Under the pieces are notes generated by a model. It saw only the letters and a program-made list of their open reading frames with translations. It searched no databases and was not told the origin of the DNA. A DNA stretch of 64,000 nt from Nitrospirota bacterium (GTDB lineage: Bacteria > Nitrospirota > Nitrospiria > Nitrospirales > NS-4). The position numbers were made by a program, and so were the translations under genes. This document shows positions 1-8,442 of the stretch, one piece after another; within the stretch, counting starts at the first letter, position 1, and the number at the start of each line of letters is the position of its first letter. Location: positions 32,001 through 96,000 of the forward strand of contig CAWBGA010000001.1 of assembly GCA_963788195.1 (NCBI GenBank). Direction: 5' to 3'.

Positions 1-8
1 ACGCCGTC

Positions 9-1736
9 ATGACCTCCATCCTGCTGATGTTTCCGGCCCTGTTGCTGGGAGTGCTCGTCATGCTGTCGGTGAATTTTGCCGCCGGTCTACTGGTGATGGC
101 GGGAGCGATGGCTCTGGGCGGTTTGTATGTCATGTTGTACCGCACACCCGTGATCGGCGGCGTGGTGCTGATCATTGCGGGCTGCATCGCGCTGATTCCG
201 CTCATCGGCACGGAGTTCATCCCTTTAACCGACGAAAGTCAGTTCCGCATTGTCCTGCGCGCAGCGGTCGGCCAGCGTGTCGAGAAGACCGAACAGCAGA
301 CCGCCGAAATTGAACGAGTCATCCGCGAGTATGTTCAGCCGAACGAGCTGGACACGATTGTATCCAGCGTGGGCGTACTGCAACAGGGCCGCTCCTCTCT
401 ATTCAATCCGAATACGGGGCCGCATGCCGCACTGATTCAGGTCTATCTCACGCCACCCGAAAGGCGCGGCCGTTCCCAGGAGGAGGTCCTCGACGCGGTC
501 CGACCGCACCTGATTAAGCTGTTTGCCGGCGTCAAGATGATCCCGGACCCTGGGGGTATCGTTAAGCGCATCGTGAGCTTCGGGTCGTCGGCGCCCGTGG
601 ATGTCGAGATCTACGGCTACGATCTCGAGAAGGCCCGCGAGGTCGTTCGACAGGTGGAGGAGATCATGCACAAGACTCCTGGGCTTGCCGACATTCTCCC
701 GAGCCGGGAGGAGAATTACCCTGAAGTGAATATTACGGTGGATCGTGAAAAGGCGAGTCTGCTCGGCATCAACGAGCGGGACGTGGCGAGCACGGTTCTG
801 TACTCGTTAAACGGCAACGGTCAGACTGATCCCATCATCTATACTGACCCGGAAAACGGCAATGAGTATTTCATCAGCGCGTGGCTCGCAGAGCAATATC
901 GACAGGACTTGAGCGATCTGGAAAATATCCTGCTGACGACGCCGGGAAAGAGCCCAGTCCTTCTTAAAAATGTGGCCGCCCTCAAGCTGAACTCGGGACC
1001 GGTCCGCATCGAGCGCAAGTACTTTCAGCGGGTGGTGCATGTCACAGGCAATCCGGTCGGCCGGGACCTCGGCGCGATCGCCGCGGATCTCGAAAGCCGC
1101 TTCGCAGAGCTCCGACTCCCGGAAGGCTTTAGTGTGCGCCTTGCCGGGCAGATCCAGCAGCAACGGGAGACTTTCACGGGACTGCTTTTTGCGTCGGTAT
1201 TGGCGTTGTTGCTCGTTTATATGGTGATGGCGGCGCAGTTCAAGTCGCTGATGGATCCCTTCATCATCATGTTTTCCATCCCTCTGGGATTCCCGGGTGT
1301 TATTGTCATGCTGTTCCTCACCGGCACGACATTATCCACCACATCCTTTATGGGCGTCATCATGATGCTCGGGATCGTCGTCTCAAACGGGGTTCTGCTG
1401 GTGGATTATACGAATGTCCTGAGACGGCGGGGGACGGAGTTGCATCAGGCGGTTGTTCAGGCGGGCAGAACCCGTCTCCGTCCCATCCTGATGACATCTC
1501 TGGCCACGGTCTTCGGTCTCCTGCCTATGGCGCTGGGGTACGGTACCGGCGGCGAGACCAATGCCCCTCTGGCGCGGGCTGTCATCGGGGGGCTTACTGT
1601 TTCGACGGCGCTCACGCTGTTCCTGGTGCCGACGCTGTACACGTTGCTGGAGGAGCGTTTTCCCCGAAGGGCCGAGGCCTCACAAGCAGAACGCTATGTC
1701 CCAACCGTGCCAGCCTCTGAAGAGCCGGTCACCTAG
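9..1736 (+). CDS. AcrB/AcrD/AcrF-family RND efflux permease, C-terminal part (gene starts before the window)
   Basis: TM segments with LVYMVMAAQFKS, GIVVSNGVLLVDY, RLRPILMTSLAT and PLARAVIGGL, typical of the RND C-terminal half. Confidence 0.93.
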   Translation: MTSILLMFPALLLGVLVMLSVNFAAGLLVMAGAMALGGLYVMLYRTPVIGGVVLIIAGCIALIPLIGTEFIPLTDESQFRIVLRAAVGQRVEKTEQQTAEIERVIREYVQPNELDTIVSSVGVLQQGRSSLFNPNTGPHAALIQVYLTPPERRGRSQEEVLDAVRPHLIKLFAGVKMIPDPGGIVKRIVSFGSSAPVDVEIYGYDLEKAREVVRQVEEIMHKTPGLADILPSREENYPEVNITVDREKASLLGINERDVASTVLYSLNGNGQTDPIIYTDPENGNEYFISAWLAEQYRQDLSDLENILLTTPGKSPVLLKNVAALKLNSGPVRIERKYFQRVVHVTGNPVGRDLGAIAADLESRFAELRLPEGFSVRLAGQIQQQRETFTGLLFASVLALLLVYMVMAAQFKSLMDPFIIMFSIPLGFPGVIVMLFLTGTTLSTTSFMGVIMMLGIVVSNGVLLVDYTNVLRRRGTELHQAVVQAGRTRLRPILMTSLATVFGLLPMALGYGTGGETNAPLARAVIGGLTVSTALTLFLVPTLYTLLEERFPRRAEASQAERYVPTVPASEEPVT

Positions 1737-1800
1737 CCACTTTATCTATCCGTCGTCCGCATTGATTCCATCCCTGTGCCAGCAATTCTCCGGCCGACCT

Positions 1801-1829
1801 TTGTCAGGAAGCCTTGATAGGTGTATGTT
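1801..1829 (+). promoter_or_regulatory. Putative sigma-70 promoter
   Basis: TTGTCA-17 nt-TATGTT, 9 nt before ATG 1839. Confidence 0.5.
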
Positions 1830-1838
1830 ACTAGGTAA

Positions 1839-2408
1839 ATGAAGGTCTTCGATTCAGCCAAATCCATCGTCGAAACAGTACAGGCCATTGCGGAGGTGCC
1901 ATGGAAGATTGTGCCCCTGTGGCAACTGTGTGTGACGTCCTTGGGCTTTGGCGGTCTGATATATATCCTAAGAACCGCCGAAGACGGTTGGATCTTCATT
2001 GACCACGCCAATCTCGTATTTCACGAGGCCGGACATCCGATCTTCGGGCTTTTGGGCTCCACGATGGGATTATACGGCGGCACGCTCGGGCAGCTTGTGT
2101 TTCCGCTTGTCGCGCTGGGGTCCTTCTGGGCTCAACGGGAAACTGTGGGATTCGCGGTCGCCGGCGCTTGGTTTTTCGAAAACTTTTTGAACATTGCCCG
2201 GTACATGGCGGACGCGCGCGAGCAGATACTTCCCCTGGTGGGTGGCGGTGAACATGACTGGACGAATATCTTCAGCCAATGGGGTGTGCTTTCGTCGGAC
2301 ACGCTCATTGCCGGGCGGGTGGCCGGCGCGGGCTGGGTCGGACTTCTCGCAATGTGGATTTGGATTGTCTGGCGATGGAAGAATGGGCGACTTAAGGCGG
2401 CAGGTTAA
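1839..2408 (+). CDS. Membrane protein with HExxH motif (M50-like metallopeptidase candidate)
   Basis: Hydrophobic segments, FHEAGH motif and downstream HDW. Confidence 0.65.
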   Translation: MKVFDSAKSIVETVQAIAEVPWKIVPLWQLCVTSLGFGGLIYILRTAEDGWIFIDHANLVFHEAGHPIFGLLGSTMGLYGGTLGQLVFPLVALGSFWAQRETVGFAVAGAWFFENFLNIARYMADAREQILPLVGGGEHDWTNIFSQWGVLSSDTLIAGRVAGAGWVGLLAMWIWIVWRWKNGRLKAAG

Positions 2409-3097
2409 TTCACCCCGTAGGCTTTTGAGATGTTGGCCTTCCACTGATCCATATAGGCTGGAAACTCAAGAGCCGGCCCTTTTTTTTGGATGTGCACCAG
2501 AGGGTAGGCTTCGTCGCTCAAGACTTTTTCCTGATGGAGCCGGTCCACGAGTGATGGTCCTCCCGCCTGGAGACCTTCCGGAGGACGGTCGAATACTCCG
2601 TTCTGCAACACGCGCGCAATTTCATTCTGGGTTTCATTCGCTACCAGGAGCATCAGGTAGGCCGCATACCATGCAGCAAGGTGCTCCCGCCGGGTGTCAG
2701 CGGTTACATCGCGGTCGGGCCAGTAATGCGATGCGTTAAAATAGCGTTCAGCGATGTCGGTGAAGAAAGGGGGGACCAGACGGACATCCAGGTACTGACC
2801 GTCCTGATTTTCAATCAAAATCGACCGTGAGATGATGTCCAGGGCCCAAAGCGAATCGGCTGACATTGGACTCAGCGGCGAATCAAGCTTCTCCATGAGA
2901 CGTTCATTAGAGAGAATCTGGCGGGTGAGGGATTCATAGAGATAAAGAGCATACGGAGGCGAAAGGTGCTTTGCGACGGAGACCAACGCAGTTTCCACAG
3001 CCGCCTGCATGTTGGGCGGGGTTGAGGTGGCTGACCAGGACGGACTGGCGGTCCCAATAAAGATTCCCGTCAGGAGTATGGTCGCCACGAGGTTCAT
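2405..3097 (-). CDS. Hypothetical secreted protein
   Basis: 230-aa ORF with signal peptide-like N-terminus ending ASPSWSA. Confidence 0.6.
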   Translation of the reverse strand: MNLVATILLTGIFIGTASPSWSATSTPPNMQAAVETALVSVAKHLSPPYALYLYESLTRQILSNERLMEKLDSPLSPMSADSLWALDIISRSILIENQDGQYLDVRLVPPFFTDIAERYFNASHYWPDRDVTADTRREHLAAWYAAYLMLLVANETQNEIARVLQNGVFDRPPEGLQAGGPSLVDRLHQEKVLSDEAYPLVHIQKKGPALEFPAYMDQWKANISKAYGVN

Positions 3098-3477
3098 GGC
3101 GTGGTTTCGTTGGCATGGTTTGGGGCTCGTGCATCTTCCCTGATGGCCTTATCGGAGGGTTGTTCCGGGCGGTCCCGATGCGCGCTTCCGAAGAAGAAGC
3201 AGTCTTCCCGCACACTGTGCGTTTCCGTCAGCAGCACCGCATCCGACAATTCGTGGGTGATATGATCGACAACCAAACTCATATCGGCCTCACCATATAC
3301 ATTATAGCGCCAAATGCTGGCGCCGGTCGCTTCGTCCAGAGTCTCTTCGAGCAGGCCCCAATGCTCACTATGACCGGTCGCGCGTTGAACAATGGCGGGG
3401 AAGGAATCTATGACCCAACGTTGGCTCTCTCTCAGAGCCTTGGAAAGAGAAAACATAACGCTTCTAAAGGAAGCCAT
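3094..3477 (-). CDS. Hypothetical protein (start uncertain, 3477 or 3570)
   Basis: Stop overlaps the next start by 4 nt (3094-3097); the ORF extension to 3666 runs into the repeat array and is probably not coding. Confidence 0.45.
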   Translation of the reverse strand: MASFRSVMFSLSKALRESQRWVIDSFPAIVQRATGHSEHWGLLEETLDEATGASIWRYNVYGEADMSLVVDHITHELSDAVLLTETHSVREDCFFFGSAHRDRPEQPSDKAIREDARAPNHANETTP

Positions 3478-3571
3478 GAGCTGAGGATAGCTGGTGATCG
3501 CCGAACGGGTCAACGGGGGAACGCCCGTGCAGATTGACCGTGAGCGGTCGTGAGAGGTAGCCTTAGCCATA

Positions 3572-3810
3572 CCGGGGGAAAGGGAGTTTGTCCCACGGGA
3601 CAAAAGCCTGTCTTGGCAGGCTTGGGGCCGGGTGGGTGACATGAAACTCCAGGCGGGTGAGATCAATACAAAGCCGAGGGCACAGAACCTATCCCGGCGG
3701 CCTTAAATAATCATCAGGCCTTCGGGTCGAGCAAGCTCGGCTTGGCGGGCGGGTGCAATGGGCAAAGGAATCTGTCCTGGCAGATTCCAGGGCTGGGCGG
3801 GTGCAATAGG
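3572..3810 (+). repeat. Mosaic array A of GTCnnGGC-loop hairpin repeat units
   Basis: AAGCCT-GTCTTGGC-AGGCTT, GGAATCT-GTCCTGGC-AGATTCC and a split GGAGTTT/AAACTCC unit, each followed by a GGGCGGGTG-type tail. Confidence 0.85.
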
Positions 3811-3839
3811 TTTACGGACAATATAGAAAGGAACCTTCA

Positions 3840-4148
3840 ATGCCGAGTTATATAAAGGTCGCGTCGGTCTCACAGATAGCCCCGGGGACTGGCATGGTCG
3901 CGAATGTCAACGACAAGGAGGTGGCGGTCTTCAACGTCGACGGCACTTTTTATGCGATCGAGAACATCTGCAAACATCGAGGCGGGCCGTTGGGCGAGGG
4001 AGAATTAGAGGGGGATACGGTGACCTGTCCCTGGCATGCATGGCAATACAACGTGAAGAATGGAAGCTGCCTCACGAAGGAAGGGATCAAAATGGACACC
4101 TACGAGGTTCAAGTGGAGGGCGACGACGTTAAGATCGCCATACCGTGA
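3840..4148 (+). CDS. Rieske (2Fe-2S) ferredoxin
   Basis: CKHRGGPL and CPWHAW Rieske motifs; AAAGGA RBS. Confidence 0.93.
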   Translation: MPSYIKVASVSQIAPGTGMVANVNDKEVAVFNVDGTFYAIENICKHRGGPLGEGELEGDTVTCPWHAWQYNVKNGSCLTKEGIKMDTYEVQVEGDDVKIAIP

Positions 4149-4189
4149 AAACGCATGAATATTCGCCGGCTCGGTCAGCGGACAGGAGT

Positions 4190-4756
4190 TCAACGATCAA
4201 TTACGGTCCACCGGACCTCGTCGTCGTGAGTGACGGAAGCGAGATGATTCTGAAAGCGATAGTGCTGCACGCCCCACTGGTGGTCTCGATAGTCGATAAT
4301 CAGTCGGTCTGAACTGAGAACGCGCTGGATCCGAACTTTCTTTAGATCACGTAGACCCGCACCAGTTGCCTTGAGCACAGCCTCCTTCGCCGTCCAATAC
4401 CGAAAAAAGGTTTCCCATTCTCGGTTTCCGGCAAGCTCCCATTCGGCGTCTTCCGCCACATACCGAAACAAGCCTTTATGTCTGGGGACTATTTCCTCAA
4501 GATCGATACCCACCGGTTTTTCCGAAACAACCGCGGCGACAAACTGAGGCTTATGCGAGACGGACCAGTGCCAGCCAGCGAACGGCAGCGGGACATTGTG
4601 CACGTCTTTTTCAAAGGGGCCGCAGCAGGGTAGGCCGCCTATCTTACAGCTCTGAACAAGAGCTTCCCGCGCCGTCTCGCGCTGCGCCTGCATGTGATGA
4701 GGGCCAACCAGGGACCTGTGCTCGGAAGACAGTGGCAGTATGACTGGATAGAGCAA
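4190..4756 (-). CDS. Sfp-type 4'-phosphopantetheinyl transferase
   Basis: WSVSH, VGIDLE and FFRYWTAKEAVLKATGAGL motifs. Confidence 0.9.
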   Translation of the reverse strand: MLYPVILPLSSEHRSLVGPHHMQAQRETAREALVQSCKIGGLPCCGPFEKDVHNVPLPFAGWHWSVSHKPQFVAAVVSEKPVGIDLEEIVPRHKGLFRYVAEDAEWELAGNREWETFFRYWTAKEAVLKATGAGLRDLKKVRIQRVLSSDRLIIDYRDHQWGVQHYRFQNHLASVTHDDEVRWTVIDR

Positions 4757-4860
4757 GGGACTTTGGTTCCACAGATATTCTAAACGCGGCGCCGGTGAGA
4801 GACAACACTCTGGCCTGAGACGTTTACTGTTTCCGGCCTTAAGGAGTAATATGCGGCCAT

Positions 4861-5595
4861 ATGCCTGCCTTCCGGCTCCGACGGCTGCGTGACGTGTTCT
4901 TTCTGACGGGCCTGATTGTTGTAACCGGATGCCAGCCTGATCACTCGCCGCTCAAGGAAGAAAATGAGCGGTTACGTGATCAAGTGGCGAAACAGGAAGC
5001 CATCGTCAACTCACTTCAGGACGGGAGCAAATTTTTGCAGGAGCAAACCACTCTCTTGACCCAAGAGGCGCGTGAGGCCAAGAAAGAAGCCGTTCGTCTT
5101 GAAACGGAACGACAGGCCACGGCCGCACAGCTCCAGGCGCAGCTTTTGGAGAACCGCAAGCTCAGCAAAGACAATCAGCTCTTTTCGGCAACGAAGAGTC
5201 GAAGCGAGCAGAGTTTTCGTGTCGATGACAAAGGCGGCCAATCCGAGGAAGTCCCGCAGCCTCTGGCGGCTGTGTGCAGGGCCGCCGAGGAAACTTTGGG
5301 GAAAAATGGATATACGCTGCGAGTGAGCGTCAAGACAGATCAGAAGGCAGTCTACGTTACAGACCGAAAACTGTCATCCCCATCGACACTGGAACTTTCC
5401 GGGTTTCGCAATCAGTACCTGGTGTCGATTCAAACGCTTCCTTCGAACCACGCACGCGTCACCGTAAGAGCAGACTTTGAGAAAATGGGCCAGGGAGGCC
5501 GCGTCTTGGTTGCCGGCACGGAAGAGATCGCAGAGATCGAGCGCCGGCTCATCGGTGAAATTCGGCACGCGCTTGCCGTGCCGGGAAAAGTGTAG
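4861..5595 (+). CDS. Putative lipoprotein with coiled-coil region
   Basis: Lipobox-like VVTGC followed by a Gln/Glu-rich heptad region. Confidence 0.7.
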   Translation: MPAFRLRRLRDVFFLTGLIVVTGCQPDHSPLKEENERLRDQVAKQEAIVNSLQDGSKFLQEQTTLLTQEAREAKKEAVRLETERQATAAQLQAQLLENRKLSKDNQLFSATKSRSEQSFRVDDKGGQSEEVPQPLAAVCRAAEETLGKNGYTLRVSVKTDQKAVYVTDRKLSSPSTLELSGFRNQYLVSIQTLPSNHARVTVRADFEKMGQGGRVLVAGTEEIAEIERRLIGEIRHALAVPGKV

Positions 5596-5636
5596 CGTTC
5601 TCCATGAGAGACCTGCAATAGAATGGCTCGGTCCTC

Positions 5637-6437
5637 ATGACCGGGGTCGTCAAGTCGTCGATAGCGCTCTACCAGCACGCCCTGCAAGCCACGCTGCGCT
5701 CATTCGTGCGCGGGTGGATCATCGCGGTTGCGGTCGTTATCTTCGCGGGCCTGATGCTGGTGGCCTCGATGATCGCGCGGCCGTTGGGCATGCTGGGCGG
5801 CTTTTTGCTGGGCGCCGTGAATGCCCTACTGATCGGGGCCACTCTCAGCCTTGTTGAACAGGCGGTGAATAGTGGGCGTCAGTTGACATTCGAAGATATC
5901 AAGGCGAGCTTTGGCCAGTACTTCTGGGATGTCATTAGCGTGGGTTTTGTTCTCTGGCTGCCGATCATGATTATCGAGCAGGGCGCCGCGGCGAATCCCT
6001 ACGGCCCCTTCCTCGCCGCCGCGATTTTCTTGTTATTGTTCATCCTCTTGAATGCCGCCCCTGAGGTGATCTATCAAGCGCGGCCCGGCTCTCCGCTGGA
6101 CGTCATTCGTGTGAGCTACGAGTTTATAGTGCAGAACTGGATTGAGTGGTTTTTGCCGTTAGCGTTGGTCGTCGCCCCCTTCGGCCTGTCATTTTTCTTC
6201 ACCATCTCGGAGCGGATGGGCCGGGGGGCGCTGCTGGACTTTTTCCAAATTCTTACTCTCCCGTTTCAGCTTCTACAGGCCGGCCTTGGTTATCTCGGCC
6301 TGCCGACCGTCGTGAGTTTGACGCTCGTGCTTGTGCTCACGCCCCTAGCGACTGTCGCCATGCTGATCTTTCGCGGGCATCTATTTGCGGCGCTTCACGG
6401 CTCTTCGAGGCGGAAGCGGGCGTTTGAAGCGCGGTGA
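5637..6437 (+). CDS. Hypothetical integral membrane protein
   Basis: 266 aa with several hydrophobic helices. Confidence 0.75.
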   Translation: MTGVVKSSIALYQHALQATLRSFVRGWIIAVAVVIFAGLMLVASMIARPLGMLGGFLLGAVNALLIGATLSLVEQAVNSGRQLTFEDIKASFGQYFWDVISVGFVLWLPIMIIEQGAAANPYGPFLAAAIFLLLFILLNAAPEVIYQARPGSPLDVIRVSYEFIVQNWIEWFLPLALVVAPFGLSFFFTISERMGRGALLDFFQILTLPFQLLQAGLGYLGLPTVVSLTLVLVLTPLATVAMLIFRGHLFAALHGSSRRKRAFEAR

Positions 6438-6574
6438 TACCAGGCCTTCGGGTCCTACCTTCCTAATTCCTTTGATTTAGACCGTTGCCAGTATAGACTT
6501 CTACGAGTATCGAACTGCCCCAAGCCGATACGACGGAACGGCCGGTAGAATCCCGCGCGCCCAGGAATCAGGCC

Positions 6575-8068
6575 ATGAGCATTTCGACCAGTGTGCATGA
6601 CCTCAAAACCCTGGTGCTCTCGTTCCATCCTGTGATCGTCATCGAGACGGTGGAAGAGGATCGAATTACTACCCTTCTGAGGAGCGTTGCCGATCAACTG
6701 TGGCTGCCGTTGTCCGAATGGACGGTGACCCTAGGGCTGATACGGGCTTCTGATGGCGAGACGATTGCCGCCGCGACCGAACCCTTTCGGCTTCTCAGAC
6801 ATCTGCAGGGACTAACCGTCGACGGTCTGTTCGTGCTGAAGGATTTTGCGAGGCATCTGGATGATGCCAAAGTGGCGCGGCAATTTCGGGAAACGGCGCA
6901 GAGTTTCGCGCGCGGTCGTTCCACGATGGTATTGACCGGCACGCCGATTCATCTGCCTGCGGATATTGAATCCGATGTCGTGCGATATGAACTGAAGTTG
7001 CCGGACAGAGACGAACTCCTCAAAGTGGTCTATGCCGTCATCCAGTCATTGAAAAAGACCCATAAAGTCGAGACTCACCTGAAAGAGGAGGATCGCGAGC
7101 AACTCTTGCTTGCCCTGCAAGGGATGACCTTGAATCAGGCTCGCCAGGCCGTCGCTGAAGTGATGATGAATGCCGACCGGCGCACGGCTGCGGAAGATAT
7201 CCGAGTAGTACTGAAGCGAAAAGCGCAGATGATCCAGGAGGGCGGTCTGCTGGAGTATTATCCGGTCGAGGACAATCGGTTTCAGCTGGGCGGCTTCGGG
7301 AACCTCAAAGCCTGGCTTGAGCGGCAGCGAATCGGTTTTACCCAAGAAGCGCGCGCGCTGAATCTCAGCCCTCCTCGTGGACTTCTCATCGTCGGGGTGC
7401 CCGGCTGCGGCAAGTCTTTAGCCGCAAAGGTTATCGCTCGTGAATGGAAGTTGCCGCTGGTAAAACTGGACGCCGGGCGGCTGTTCGACAAGTACATCGG
7501 AGAGTCGGAAAAGAATTTTCGGAAGGCAATCGCCATGGCCGAGTCCATGGCCCCTGTGGTGTTGTGGATGGATGAAATCGAGAAAGGAATGGTCGCGACC
7601 GGTGGGGGCGAGGCGGATGCGGGGTTAAGCCGGCGCCTGTTCGGCGCATTCCTGACATGGCTTCAGGAAAAACGCCAGGAAGTGTTTGTGGTCGCCACGG
7701 CGAATGATCTTTCGATCCTTCCCCCCGAACTTCTCCGGAAGGGACGGTTCGATGAGATCTTCTTTGTTGATCTTCCGGATCCTCAAGAACGCGAAGCCAT
7801 TCTCAAGATTCATCTCACGCTGCGTAAGCAGGAGCCGGTAGCGTTCGACTTGCCTAAAATTGTGGCCGCATGTGACGGCTTCAGCGGAGCGGAGATTGAG
7901 CAGGCGGTGGTGGCCGGACTCTACCGGGCGCTGTCGTCAAAGCGCGCGTTGGATACCGAGCTGCTGCTGGAAGAGATCGGCCACACGATTCCATTGTCCG
8001 TGACCCGGCGCGAAGATATCGAGCGTTTACAAAAGATGGCCAAAGGACGGTTTGTCAACGTAAGGTAA
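6575..8068 (+). CDS. AAA-family ATPase (Ycf46-like)
   Basis: Walker A GVPGCGKS, Walker [26 protein letters not shown], degenerate N-terminal AAA domain. Confidence 0.9.
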   Translation: MSISTSVHDLKTLVLSFHPVIVIETVEEDRITTLLRSVADQLWLPLSEWTVTLGLIRASDGETIAAATEPFRLLRHLQGLTVDGLFVLKDFARHLDDAKVARQFRETAQSFARGRSTMVLTGTPIHLPADIESDVVRYELKLPDRDELLKVVYAVIQSLKKTHKVETHLKEEDREQLLLALQGMTLNQARQAVAEVMMNADRRTAAEDIRVVLKRKAQMIQEGGLLEYYPVEDNRFQLGGFGNLKAWLERQRIGFTQEARALNLSPPRGLLIVGVPGCGKSLAAKVIAREWKLPLVKLDAGRLFDKYIGESEKNFRKAIAMAESMAPVVLWMDEIEKGMVATGGGEADAGLSRRLFGAFLTWLQEKRQEVFVVATANDLSILPPELLRKGRFDEIFFVDLPDPQEREAILKIHLTLRKQEPVAFDLPKIVAACDGFSGAEIEQAVVAGLYRALSSKRALDTELLLEEIGHTIPLSVTRREDIERLQKMAKGRFVNVR

Positions 8069-8080
8069 GAAAAGGAGAAA

Positions 8081-8350
8081 ATGATGGGAGAGTTAACTTA
8101 TCGTGAATCTCTGGCGGCCATGTGGCTGCTACTATGGCGTGGGATGGTTATAGGCGGCGGCCTCGGGTTTTTAGTAGGGTTTGTGCTTGGCCTTGTGGGT
8201 AGTGCCATGGGGCATGGACAGGACCCAGCCCTTCAAGTACTCATTTTTGTGTTGGCAACATCTGTCAGTATTTTTTATGTGTATCCCCTCATCATCCGCA
8301 TGGCTCTTCGCAAGCAATTCAAAGGCTTTCGCCTGCAGGTCACTCGCTAG
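8081..8350 (+). CDS. Small two-TM membrane protein
   Basis: AAGGAG RBS; two hydrophobic helices. Confidence 0.65.
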   Translation: MMGELTYRESLAAMWLLLWRGMVIGGGLGFLVGFVLGLVGSAMGHGQDPALQVLIFVLATSVSIFYVYPLIIRMALRKQFKGFRLQVTR

Positions 8351-8406
8351 TTTTCACATCAGGAGGGCAAGAGCCTGACCCCAAAAGGCAGGCTTCCGGC
8401 TGCGTC

Positions 8407-8436
8407 TTGACGTGGTTCTTCGGGCGGGTGTAGCTT
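8407..8436 (+). promoter_or_regulatory. Putative sigma-70 promoter (leaderless geometry)
   Basis: TTGACG-18 nt-TAGCTT, 6 nt before ATG 8443. Confidence 0.45.
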
Positions 8437-8442
8437 CCGTGG

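Noticed and set aside
8366..8398. Additional copy of the hairpin family (AGCCTG...CAGGCT)
   Set aside because: The loop lacks GTCnnGGC and the tail is displaced; it may be a degenerate copy or an ordinary terminator, so it was not counted
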